A stretch of 63,040 bases of DNA, the filler included, from Candidatus Aminicenantales bacterium (GTDB taxonomy: Bacteria; Acidobacteriota; Aminicenantia; Aminicenantales; Saccharicenantaceae): the NCBI GenBank assembly GCA_049512315.1. It is 3 parts of 3 records of this genome, joined end to end, with 100 filler letters (N's around TTAATTAATTAA, not from the genome) between each part and the next. Parts side by side here need not be neighbours in the genome. Positions count along the whole stretch, not along the records: positions 1 to 28,088 come from JBEKXF010000035.1; positions 28,189 to 55,939 come from JBEKXF010000036.1; 1 more part is not named here. The stretch is one strand, 5' to 3'. Within the stretch, counting starts at the first letter, position 1. Each line of letters starts with the position of its first letter. Below, in pieces: positions 24,425 through 33,020 of the stretch. The translations under genes and the position numbers were made by a program. The notes under the pieces were generated by a model that was given only the letters and a program-made list of their open reading frames with translations, was not told the origin of the DNA and did not search any database.

Positions 24425-24612
24425 CGCGCCGCAGTTCCTATCGATCTGCCACGTCCTTGAGTTCGAGCCGATTTACAGATACGAGGCATTGAAGCGAGAA
24501 GTGGCCGGGAAGGGTGCGGACGGAAGCGGCGGAAGGGGCCCGGATTCGTCATACCGGACAATCGTCTCTTTCCTAGTCCGTTTGTCGCGAATGAACAGGA
24601 GCCGGATGGGGT

Positions 24613-25044
24613 TCATTTCAAATATTCGGCAAGGTCATCAAAAAATATTTTATAGTCTTTCTGTAGCCACTTCTGGCTTCGGGGGCCCCCGAGTCCAAAT
24701 CTCCATCGAACGGAAAGCTCGGTTATGCCATCATGTGCATTAAAAATAATGCTGATGGCCGAGAGTTCATCCTCCTTCACGTTCACTTGAGAGGCCCAAA
24801 ATCCGCTCGATGAGTAATTGCATATCGCCTCCAAGACGCCCCCTGCCTTGTCCGCTGTTTTGGTCCGATAACCGATGCGCATAAGCACCCTTTGGACGGC
24901 TGACCAGACCTGATCTATCGTTTTATCTGGGCTCCTCCATTCGGCGATGCCATCTTTGACCGTATAATCGGGGGGCTTCGTTTGGGCGACGGCAAAGACA
25001 CAAAAGACTCCGAGCGCGGCCAGGGCCGCAATTTTCTTTAGCAT
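24613..25044 (-). CDS. Secreted hypothetical protein
   Basis: GGAGGTG RBS; signal peptide MLKKIAALAALGVFCVFAVA. Confidence 0.7.
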   Translation of the reverse strand: MLKKIAALAALGVFCVFAVAQTKPPDYTVKDGIAEWRSPDKTIDQVWSAVQRVLMRIGYRTKTADKAGGVLEAICNYSSSGFWASQVNVKEDELSAISIIFNAHDGITELSVRWRFGLGGPRSQKWLQKDYKIFFDDLAEYLK

Positions 25045-25121
25045 GAGGCACCTCCGATGATGAACCTACGCCTTCGGCGTTATTTTTTCAACCTCCTGGC
25101 GCACGATCCGGAGGGAATCGC

Positions 25122-25143
25122 AGTGTCAAATCGATTTGACACT
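25122..25143. promoter_or_regulatory. 22-bp perfect palindrome, candidate operator
   Basis: AGTGTCAAATC|GATTTGACACT between divergent transcription units; contains TTGACA on both strands. Confidence 0.6.
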
Positions 25144-25234
25144 CTTGGCTTCAGGTTTCACCAGATCGCATTAGTCGGAACCCGTGAGATATCCATAGCG
25201 GTGTCAGCGACTTAAAAACATAAAGAAAAGTATC

Positions 25235-25262
25235 TTGACTTCCTCCGGCGTTGTGCTATATT
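25235..25262 (+). promoter_or_regulatory. Sigma70-type promoter of the element's rightward operon
   Basis: TTGACT-N16-TATATT with extended TG. Confidence 0.6.
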
Positions 25263-25267
25263 AACAT

Positions 25268-25515
25268 TGCCTCACGGTCCTCCGCGTTAGCCGAGATCGT
25301 CGTTGCTCTCAAGGGAGGCGGACGCGGAGGGAAAAGCGGCAGGCCTTTCCCAGGCTGCGCCGCGGCCAAGTCGGTGATGCCGGGCCAAGAGTCAAGAAGA
25401 CAAATGGCCAGGGGGTCGACAAGGACCCCAGGGACGGCAGAGCCGATGAAAGCGACGCGTCCAAAACACAATCAAATGAACGGTCGTGCTCTGCTTAATT
25501 CTTTCCGTGGAGGCA
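25268..25515 (+). ncRNA. Highly structured ~250-nt leader RNA
   Basis: Several stems; closing helix 25268-25277/25505-25515 covers the GGAGG RBS of the HTH gene. Confidence 0.5.
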
Positions 25516-25518
25516 CGC

Positions 25519-25746
25519 ATGGCAACGACACGTTCCACCAAACACCCCTTCCCTCTTAGACAGTTTCGGAAGTTCGCCCGACTCACGCAATTCGAGCTCG
25601 TCCACAAGTCGGGCGTCTGTCAGCCGAGGATCTCGGCTATTGAGAATGGCCACGTCACGCCCTCGCCGCGCGAGCTGAGGGCCCTGACCCGGGCACTCGG
25701 CATCCCCGCCGGACTGTTCACCGACGGCCCCGGAGACGAATCATGA
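25519..25746 (+). CDS. XRE/Cro-like HTH regulator
   Basis: LRQFRKFARLTQFELVHKSGVCQPRISAIENG; GGAGG RBS. Confidence 0.85.
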   Translation: MATTRSTKHPFPLRQFRKFARLTQFELVHKSGVCQPRISAIENGHVTPSPRELRALTRALGIPAGLFTDGPGDES

Positions 25747-26051
25747 CCCCCGCGATCCCCCGGCGCTGGATTAGCGTCAACGAGGCGGGTGTCTATCTCG
25801 GCGTCCATCCCATGACCGTCAGGACTTGGATCGACCAGGGCAAGCTCGACGCCGTGCGCCTGGGGCGAACGCTGCGGATTGATTTCCAGCGCCTAGAGCT
25901 CAAGCTCGAGGCCATGGCCGGAGCAGCTGTCCGACCGCGCCGACCGCATAAGGTGTCCACGACCCGCCTCAGCAAGAGTGCCGATGATGGCGGGATTCAC
26001 GGCAGGGAAGCTGCCGTAGCTGCCGGGAATCATGACGTGAGGCCAACATGA
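25743..26051 (+). CDS. Excisionase-like (HTH_17) DNA-binding protein
   Basis: WISVNEAGVYLGVHPMTVRTWIDQGKLDAVRLGRTLRI; ATGA overlap. Confidence 0.85.
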   Translation: MTPAIPRRWISVNEAGVYLGVHPMTVRTWIDQGKLDAVRLGRTLRIDFQRLELKLEAMAGAAVRPRRPHKVSTTRLSKSADDGGIHGREAAVAAGNHDVRPT

Positions 26052-26614
26052 GGCGGGGTAAAACTTACGATTGGATTCCCCTGTGGCGGGATAAGTGGCT
26101 ACAGGGATCGACCCGGTTTGAACTCTTGCCGGATGAACGATCCGTCTTTATCGACCTGTTGTGCATGGCCGGTGGAGACGATGGGTTCATCCGAGCAAAC
26201 CCCGAGACGCCATACCCGGACCGGTATCTCGCCAATCTCTTAAACATCGAGATAGAACTCTGGGAAAGGACGATCCGAAAATGCGTTTCTGTCGGTAAGA
26301 TCATCCGCATGGAGGACGGCATCCTCTACGTCGCCTCATGGCAGGATTATCGGATCCCCACGCGTACGAAAAGATGGCTCATGAAGGAGACGCCGGCCGA
26401 CCCGCAAACCCCCCCTCAATCTCTATCCCCAGAATCTAACGAAGAATACAAATACACAGACCTAGACGAATACAGAGACCCCCCCCTAGTTCCCGGCAAT
26501 GATTGCCGAGTACCCGGCAAGAAAGAGGAAGCCTTTGATAAGGCAATAGAGAAAATGAGGCGGGAACAGGCCAAACTCGACGCCGAGCTGGAGACGAAGA
26601 AGAGAACAGAGTAA
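26048..26614 (+). CDS. Phage replisome-organiser-like replication protein
   Basis: N-domain WIPLW...ERSVFIDLLCMAG..DGFI....PY...LANLL...WQDY resembles phage replisome-organiser N-termini; ATGA overlap. Confidence 0.65.
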   Translation: MRRGKTYDWIPLWRDKWLQGSTRFELLPDERSVFIDLLCMAGGDDGFIRANPETPYPDRYLANLLNIEIELWERTIRKCVSVGKIIRMEDGILYVASWQDYRIPTRTKRWLMKETPADPQTPPQSLSPESNEEYKYTDLDEYRDPPLVPGNDCRVPGKKEEAFDKAIEKMRREQAKLDAELETKKRTE

Positions 26615-26622
26615 AGGGAAAC

Positions 26623-26715
26623 GAACCTATGTTTCACAAAAAGGAACCTGTGGTTCACAAAAAGGAAATGGAGGGATGGGACACGGACGGGACATGTCCC
26701 GTCCTCTGCATCCCT
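26623..26715. repeat. Candidate replication origin: two tandem 21-bp repeats plus a 20-bp perfect palindrome
   Basis: GAACCTATGTTTCACAAAAAG / GAACCTGTGGTTCACAAAAAG (26623-26664); GGACGGGACA|TGTCCCGTCC (26685-26704) inside outer arms AGGGATG/CATCCCT. Confidence 0.65.
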
Positions 26716-26774
26716 ACGGCAAAGCGTATGCCTGAGAAGTCGGGTGAGCGTCGGGTTTTAGGGCAGGTGACGCC

Positions 26775-27305
26775 ATGAGCGCCGAGCGATTGAGCCGGTT
26801 GCAGAAGTGGATCCTCGAGGACGTCTATATCGGCGGAAACCAGGTTGCACTCATAACCGGTTCCCCTTCAGTCTGGCGGCGGTCGATCTATTTGCGAGCC
26901 TGGGAGGACGGCATCTTCCACCCCGACCAAAATGAGACCTCGGCCAAGGTCATCTTCTCCCGGTCCATTTGGGGACTGATTGAAAAGAAATACCTTCAGG
27001 GCCTAGGCCCGACCTCGGTTGAGAAACTCATCGTGAAGCACGCCAGGGAAACGGATTCTCAAGAAGAGCTACGCGCCAAGATGGAGAAGCACTTTAAAGA
27101 GACCATCTTTTTCTCGGCCAGCGAGGATACCGTGGCACCGGCAGAAAGAGGACTCGTCCAGGCCAAGGTCCTTAGCCTGACCCTCAAGGGCCGGGCGAAG
27201 GCGAAGCAGCTCCTCGCCGCCTCCGAAGCCCTTAAAGTTAACAGCGACAAGTTAGCAATAAGCCTCGGGGAAGGTAGTGCAACCGTTGCGCCGGAGAAGC
27301 CATGA
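26775..27305 (+). CDS. Hypothetical protein (possible winged helix)
   Basis: LSRLQKWIL...FSRSIWGLIEKKYL...LSLTLKGRAKA pattern; part of the coupled run. Confidence 0.65.
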   Translation: MSAERLSRLQKWILEDVYIGGNQVALITGSPSVWRRSIYLRAWEDGIFHPDQNETSAKVIFSRSIWGLIEKKYLQGLGPTSVEKLIVKHARETDSQEELRAKMEKHFKETIFFSASEDTVAPAERGLVQAKVLSLTLKGRAKAKQLLAASEALKVNSDKLAISLGEGSATVAPEKP

Positions 27306-27565
27306 CTATCATGCGGATTGTCGGGCTTGTCCTGGCGGTGGTCGGGGTCGGCCTGTTCTTCGTCGCGTTCCGGCAGTTCATCAAGGACCGGCGCGAGTGG
27401 AGGGGGGCTCGTGAGCGTCGGCGGTGGGTTGAAGTGAATAAGGACGAGACGGACCGCGAGCTCACCGCGCTTATGCAGGCGCCGGGGCCGAAAGTACTTG
27501 TTGCAAATGCAACGGGTACGAAGCGGGAGCCGTGGATCGCGCCGGAGCTGCGAGTGAGGCCATGA
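27302..27565 (+). CDS. Hypothetical membrane-anchored protein
   Basis: N-terminal TM helix; ATGA overlaps on both sides. Confidence 0.55.
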   Translation: MTIMRIVGLVLAVVGVGLFFVAFRQFIKDRREWRGARERRRWVEVNKDETDRELTALMQAPGPKVLVANATGTKREPWIAPELRVRP

Positions 27566-27849
27566 ATCGGAAAGGGCGGGCTGGAAGGCCACTAGAAGGT
27601 CCACAGGAAGTTGTGCACAACACTTTTTCGGGCTCCTCGCCAAATAATACGCACAAATGTGCCGTCTGCCTTATGGCCCTCCATCCGAAGCATGATGTGC
27701 ACAACATCCTACGACGTCGCCGGACGTGCTCGGCGAAGTGCCGAAGGCTCGCGTGCTCGGCTCGGCAGCTCGAAGTGGCCCTGGCTGCGGGTGAGGCGGA
27801 GGGCCTTCGGGCCAAGATTCGAGAACTAGGAGAAGTGAAACGCCCATGA
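27562..27849 (+). CDS. Hypothetical Zn-binding protein
   Basis: CAVC...TCSAKCR; ATGA overlaps. Confidence 0.55.
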   Translation: MNRKGRAGRPLEGPQEVVHNTFSGSSPNNTHKCAVCLMALHPKHDVHNILRRRRTCSAKCRRLACSARQLEVALAAGEAEGLRAKIRELGEVKRP

Positions 27850-28088
27850 GCTGCAGAAAACAACCCAAGACAACGGGACGGCTTGTCAAGAATCATGGCC
27901 ACAGCAAGCGTGCCGTTCCTGTGGGAAAGCCCTTCGCGCCCGGGCCGGATCCGCGGCGTCACCTGCAGGGACGAAAGAGCCGTGACATCATTGCCTTCGC
28001 CGCCGAGTTGAATCGTGAGCTGGCTGAGCAGATCGACGCCCGAGAACTTGTGCGGGTCCTGAAAGAGCGGGCGATTCGGGGCAATCTG
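27846..28088 (+). CDS. Possible terminase small subunit/DUF5681-like protein (truncated by gap)
   Basis: GKPFAPGPDPRRHLQGRK resembles the FxxGxxGNPxGRP motif; ATGA overlap. Confidence 0.45.
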
Positions 28089-28188
28089 NNNNNNNNNNNN
28101 NNNNNNNNNNNNNNNNNNNNNNNNNNNNNNNNTTAATTAATTAANNNNNNNNNNNNNNNNNNNNNNNNNNNNNNNNNNNNNNNNNNNN
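28089..28188. other. Artificial contig linker
   Basis: N-run-TTAATTAATTAA-N-run (stops in all six frames). Confidence 0.98.
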
Positions 28189-28236
28189 TTCCATCAAAGT
28201 CACCAAGTAGACCGGTCGAGTTCTTCCCTTCTGTCC

Positions 28237-28265
28237 AAGGCAGGTTTTCGGACCTGCCTTTTTTT
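28237..28265 (+). terminator. Rho-independent terminator
   Basis: AAGGCAGGTT-TTCG-GACCTGCCTT followed by a T-run, after a TAG at 28208-28210. Confidence 0.85.
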
Positions 28266-28620
28266 ATTGTCGTTCGGCTGTCAGAAGGGGAGATTCAACG
28301 CCTGGAACGGTCATTCACCACACCACGGAAAAGGGATTCTTTTATCCCTCGTTGATCTTCACCGACTCTTTACAAAATGGTGGTTACTAAATTTGATGGT
28401 GCTTATCGTTACCACCTTTTCATTATTAATGTTGGCGGAACGGAATTATCCCAGGTCACTTTTGCAGATCGCGTCACCGACAGGAGCGTTTCCTGGTCAA
28501 AATGAATACTATTTTCCAGAAGGTCTCCGCTTCACGGTTTTGCATTCGTGGTACTCTCGCCTTCCTTAGAAACCTCATTTCTAAAAGATGGTCCGTATCT
28601 AACGTGAGTTTTCCGGCGGA

Positions 28621-29571
28621 TGACCTGTCCCCCCTTAAATCGGTCCAGGTATAATGGGAAAAACCTAAAAGGAAGGAGTCTCGACGGGCAGGCTACGGTT
28701 CACTCCGGAACAGATCATCGGCAAACTGCTTGAGGCCGAGGTTCTTCCCGGCCAGGGCACGAACATCGGAGAGGCTATCTGGAAGATCAGGCACGCGAAG
28801 AAGGCTGTTAGGGGAACTCAACTGAAATGCGAATAGCGACCTTGAGGTTGGGAAAAGTCCCGAAAGCGTGATGAGGACCTGGTTGACGATGAGTACCGAA
28901 GTCGCGATCGCCCGGCTTCGGGCCGCGCAGGACGTCGGGAAGCAAGGTTGACAGGCGATGGGGGGATGCTTTATGCTCAAAACTAAAGAGGGAAAGCGAT
29001 GGATCAAAATGACTGGGATACTCCCTTTATGATCTACACAAAGGCGCAATCTGTATTAAGGCCAGATGGGAAGAACGGCCGCCTGCGGATCACTATTTCT
29101 CTTTCGCCAGACAAACAAGTCATCATCGAGAGAAGCTAGGGATTAGTGAGGGCCACGCTTTATGAACCGGGGAAGCCTCAAACCGGGCTCAATGATATCG
29201 CGTTTGCAAGTCTCAAGCCTCAATTCGGTTTTGTAAAGGTGAAGGCGCTGGATTTGCAAACGGACCTTGAAGGCTTCGATACCTATGAGGCATTCAAGAA
29301 TCGTCTTTCCATCGGCATGGACAAGAGAGCCTGACGGCGGAATGATTGTCAAGATTTGCGACGTGTTGGATCCAGGACCTCGGGAGTGTCAGATATTCTG
29401 TGTAACCCCCTTTTCTGCATTTAGGCACGCTCACCCAATCTGTCCCCAAAATAAATCATCAGCTGGGAGTATATCATAGCCCATTCCCTGTGGCGGAAGG
29501 TCCACTTCTTCGAAGGCCCCAGGCTGGAAAATCTCACTTAAAGAATTGGTACATTGATCGGGGGCAGGTCA
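28621..29571 (+). mobile_element. Degenerate IS3-family (IS407-group-like) remnant bounded by TG...CA inverted ends
   Basis: Left end TGACCTGTCCCCCC; OrfA fragment RFTPEQIIGKLLEAEVLPGQG (~28696-28790); right end ...GGGGGCAGGTCA. No intact transposase and no target duplication. Confidence 0.7.
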
Positions 29572-29642
29572 TGTGAGCCGCCGGACCGGGCCTCCCTTGC
29601 CGACAGCATTTCCTCATGATCTATCTGAACAAAGACGTGAAT

Positions 29643-31253
29643 TTAGAAATACATCATCAGATAGACTTTCTGCTCGCTGTTCCTTTTGTGAACATTCGGA
29701 TAATCACGAAGGTAGTTGTCCTTGTGGTAATACAAATATTCAAATCCAAGGCTGAGATTGCTGAAAAGTTTGATGGCAATTCTGGGTTTGAAGATGCCGA
29801 TGACATTGTTCCCGGCCGGTCCGATATACGTGTGAAGCCAATACAGGTAATAGATCGCCGTCACTTGTCCCCTGTCCGCAATATTCAGAGTGCCCTCATA
29901 CTTGGCTTCGCCTCCGCCGGAATAATCATAATTCCGGCCAGGGATCCCGCCCTCCACAATATAAATATAAGACGAATTGCTGGCGCCGAGAGGGACGACC
30001 CCGAGATGGAAGGCGGTTTGAAAATTGGAATTCTTGGACAACTGCCATTTCGCAATGATCCCTCCACCGAAGCCCAGAGTGGCGAGTTCGAAAATCCTGC
30101 TGTCCCAGTAGTTATAATGTTGAAAGGCCCCAATCAGGATGTCCCAATTCCCGGTGTGAACGGTCTTGCCGAATAAAAGACCATAACCGGTCAGATTGTC
30201 CAGATATTTCTTATCCACATTTTTTCCATAAGTGAGATCTATCCGGAGCTTGAAGAAATCAAAAGGCTTTCGGGGTCGTATTTCAAACGGATCTCCATAA
30301 TCCAGATGAATGCCGAAACTTCCGTTTAGGCTGCCCGTCCCGAAGTTTGTTCCGTCATTGAACCAATGTGTTCCAACGTACATCGTAACATTGAGCGGTT
30401 CTTTCTGATAGACCTCTTTCGGAGTGACTCGTGTCATCTTTCCGTGTAAGAGTCTTTCGAGAGCTCTCCCGGGACTAAAAATCGCAGCCGCAGATTCCCG
30501 GAAAAATCTCTCCCATCCGGTCGTTCGATCATCCAGAATATTCGAACCTAATCTGTAAAGGATTTCTCCAAACAAGGCGCCGCTGAGAGTCGTGTTGATA
30601 ATATCGTTATACGACGGCCGCGTCGTTTCCCCGAAATACTCCCATATCAAACTTCCCATAAAGGCAAAAGGCATGGATTCCCAGTAACTGTATCCGTTCG
30701 CCCGAGCAGCATCAAAATACATGCCCCCGGAATAGGGATGAAAGAAAAAATTCATACCTAGCCGGTCTGTATCCCATTCCCAGCCCGTTTTTAAGTTATA
30801 TTTCCAGCTTGCCGGTCCTATGTGCGACCAGGAATAATTAAAAACAAACCGATCAACCGCCCAAATAAAAACATCCGCTGAGATAACCCTGAGAGTAACC
30901 TCCCATACAGGGGATCTTTTGTTATACTTCGGGTCGTCATTCCGCAGCCGAATGGGCGCTTCGACGAACGGCTGTTGTTGGAGAGAAAATGTGATGGGCC
31001 CAGAGCCGCCTCCATTCACGCTGTCGGAGTTTGTTCGAAACGAAGATAAACAAAAATTCGCAGCATAGGCTTGCGGGGGTTGATGCGATCCCGGTCGCGG
31101 AGGATCGTTGCTCCCGGATAATAGGCCCCCGTATGCGTGTGATCCGCCACTGATGAAGGCCGCGAAAAAGACCAGAGCCATCAGCGCGGATTTCCATTGA
31201 CACCCGCAGAAACGCTGCCTTTCTTGTTCCGTCAATGAATTGATTCCTGGCAT
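29643..31253 (-). CDS. Outer-membrane protein with DUF3943-like domain
   Basis: WEWDTD..MNFFFHPYSG, GSLIWEYFGE..PSYNDIINT; beta-barrel C-terminus ending in Phe. Start uncertain. Confidence 0.75.
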   Translation of the reverse strand: MPGINSLTEQERQRFCGCQWKSALMALVFFAAFISGGSHAYGGLLSGSNDPPRPGSHQPPQAYAANFCLSSFRTNSDSVNGGGSGPITFSLQQQPFVEAPIRLRNDDPKYNKRSPVWEVTLRVISADVFIWAVDRFVFNYSWSHIGPASWKYNLKTGWEWDTDRLGMNFFFHPYSGGMYFDAARANGYSYWESMPFAFMGSLIWEYFGETTRPSYNDIINTTLSGALFGEILYRLGSNILDDRTTGWERFFRESAAAIFSPGRALERLLHGKMTRVTPKEVYQKEPLNVTMYVGTHWFNDGTNFGTGSLNGSFGIHLDYGDPFEIRPRKPFDFFKLRIDLTYGKNVDKKYLDNLTGYGLLFGKTVHTGNWDILIGAFQHYNYWDSRIFELATLGFGGGIIAKWQLSKNSNFQTAFHLGVVPLGASNSSYIYIVEGGIPGRNYDYSGGGEAKYEGTLNIADRGQVTAIYYLYWLHTYIGPAGNNVIGIFKPRIAIKLFSNLSLGFEYLYYHKDNYLRDYPNVHKRNSEQKVYLMMYF

Positions 31254-32078
31254 TTTTCCTTTCGTCCTCTCTCGTTTCCCTTCTGACCACCAAAAACGGC
31301 CGCTTTCGTCAAGCAGAACACATATCAGGTTACCGGCTTGCATTTCGACCTCCATGGATGACACACGTTCGCTTCATCCACTATAGTGCAATCCCCCACG
31401 ATTCTAACAATCACCTCTATGGGTGAATTCTTGCAGGATATTCCATCACCTCCTGCCCTGCGCCCGCCGTTTCCGGAGAATCCCCAAAAGGACATAGGTC
31501 CTCAGACAACATCCCCGCCCAGAATACTAAGACGGGTATGGGATATCAGAGGAAGATACCTAACCATCAAGGAATAGAGGTATTGGTGTTTCTTTCTGTT
31601 GATATACGTACTCCTATATAGCCCAAGAACAAGAAGATACCCATCTCCCCCAAATCGGTAGTTATATGGGCCATTACCCCCTCGTTAATCTGCGATAGTA
31701 AAAAAGCATATATGGGCCTTAACGCACGTCGTCAACGTACAAGGAACTCATGTGGCTAAAAAATGCGCAGGCAGGGCAGGATCAGCTGTGACGGTGATCC
31801 CTGCGAGGTTCCCAAGGTCGCCGGATTTGGGCCTGGGAGGCCCGTAGAGAGGTGATCGGCTTAGGAGCAAGGGTTGGGTTGGCGGAGGCCAGTGGGGGCT
31901 CTGGTGACCAATCCCCGTGTGTGTGCGGGACGGCGTGACGCCGGAAAAGGGCCTCATTGCTAGAGACGGTCTTGAGGGGCAGAAATTCTCACCAAGGAGC
32001 TTGGCCCTAACTCATCAACATTGCCTGGCCCAGGGCCTTTCGAGTCCTCTGGTTCTGTGGCATAATTCAAAGAACAAG

Positions 32079-32600
32079 ATGAAAGCTGTCCCGGCTCTAC
32101 TCCTGCTTCTCCTAACTGTTCCCCTCCTGGCTGGCGAAACCTATACTGGCAAGTGCGTCGGCGTCCACGATGGCGACACCATCTCCGCGATGAAGGCAGG
32201 CAGCGCCGTCAAGATCCGCTTGGAAGGCATTGACTGCCCAGAGCTGGGCCAGGACTTTGGGACCAGGGCCAAGCAGTTTACATCCGCCATGGTGTTTGGG
32301 AAGGATGTGCAGGTTAAGGAATACAACCTGGACATGTATAGCCGGATGGTTGCCAGGATCTACGTCGATGGCAAAGATCTGTCCCTGGAGCTTATCAAGG
32401 GGGGTTTGGCATGGCACTACAAGCGATATTCGTCGGATCCGACGCTTGCAGAGGCTGAGGAGCAGGCCAGGAAGGCCAGGAGGGGGCTGTGGTCAATGCC
32501 CAGCCCTGTGCCACCCTGGGAGTATCGGAAGTCGCATGAGAGGCAGGGGGAGACCGGGCGCGCCGGCTATGCACTGCGTCTCATCCTACTAAGTCCCTGA
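32079..32600 (+). CDS. Thermonuclease (SNase) family secreted nuclease
   Basis: Signal peptide, VHDGDTI, IRLEGIDCPE, GLAWHY, GLWS...PPWEYR. Confidence 0.92.
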   Translation: MKAVPALLLLLLTVPLLAGETYTGKCVGVHDGDTISAMKAGSAVKIRLEGIDCPELGQDFGTRAKQFTSAMVFGKDVQVKEYNLDMYSRMVARIYVDGKDLSLELIKGGLAWHYKRYSSDPTLAEAEEQARKARRGLWSMPSPVPPWEYRKSHERQGETGRAGYALRLILLSP

Positions 32601-33020
32601 TAATCGGGAAAGCTCAGAAATTATGCTGCTATCCAGATACCTGAAACTCTGAGGTGGCCCATCGATCCCGCATAAGTCCATAAGACGCACTGGAACCTTA
32701 AGTGGATAGACGCGGCCAACGCGAATCGCATATCCTCTAGCGAGCCCCTTATAATAGGCCCAAAAGTATTCCTCATTAACGCTGCCCGTTGTCTGATAAC
32801 GACGCCATAACTCGCTCGGCGGGCCTTCGTCTATCCCATTTACTTCGAAGAAACCCACGACTCGTTGGACAGGAGACGTTGCATATAGCACTACGTGCGT
32901 AACCGTGTCCCGAAATATCGAACGTCGGAATTCAACCTGTTTCATTCCCGAGAGAATTCGATCAGCATATACCGGGGAAACTGATAAGAGAGCTATTACT
33001 TGATTAGTCGACTGAGCCAT
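32589..33020 (-). CDS. ASCH domain protein
   Basis: LLSVSPVYADRILSGMKQVEFRR...LYATSPV...PPQSFRY. Confidence 0.9.
   Translation of the reverse strand: MAQSTNQVIALLSVSPVYADRILSGMKQVEFRRSIFRDTVTHVVLYATSPVQRVVGFFEVNGIDEGPPSELWRRYQTTGSVNEEYFWAYYKGLARGYAIRVGRVYPLKVPVRLMDLCGIDGPPQSFRYLDSSIISELSRLSGT

Larger units (their letters stand above)
22740..28088. mobile_element. Phage-satellite/PICI-like integrative element (right part lost at contig end)
   Basis: Abrupt switch to short, lower-GC orphan ORFs after archease, then a coupled run of Cro-like HTH, Xis, replisome organiser, ori-like repeats and a possible small terminase. No integrase in this contig. Confidence 0.7.

Noticed and set aside
25437..25460. 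Hammerhead-like CCGATGAAAG
   Set aside because: It lacks the CUGAUGA core and the required three-stem arrangement.
26623..26664. Possible CRISPR repeats (also 55694-55866)
   Set aside because: Only 2-3 degenerate copies, no regular unique spacers and no cas genes.
28089..28188. TTAATTAATTAA palindrome within Ns (also 55940-56039), and apparent continuity of the two mobile regions
   Set aside because: This is an artificial six-frame-stop contig linker, so the satellite-like element and the defence island cannot be assumed adjacent.
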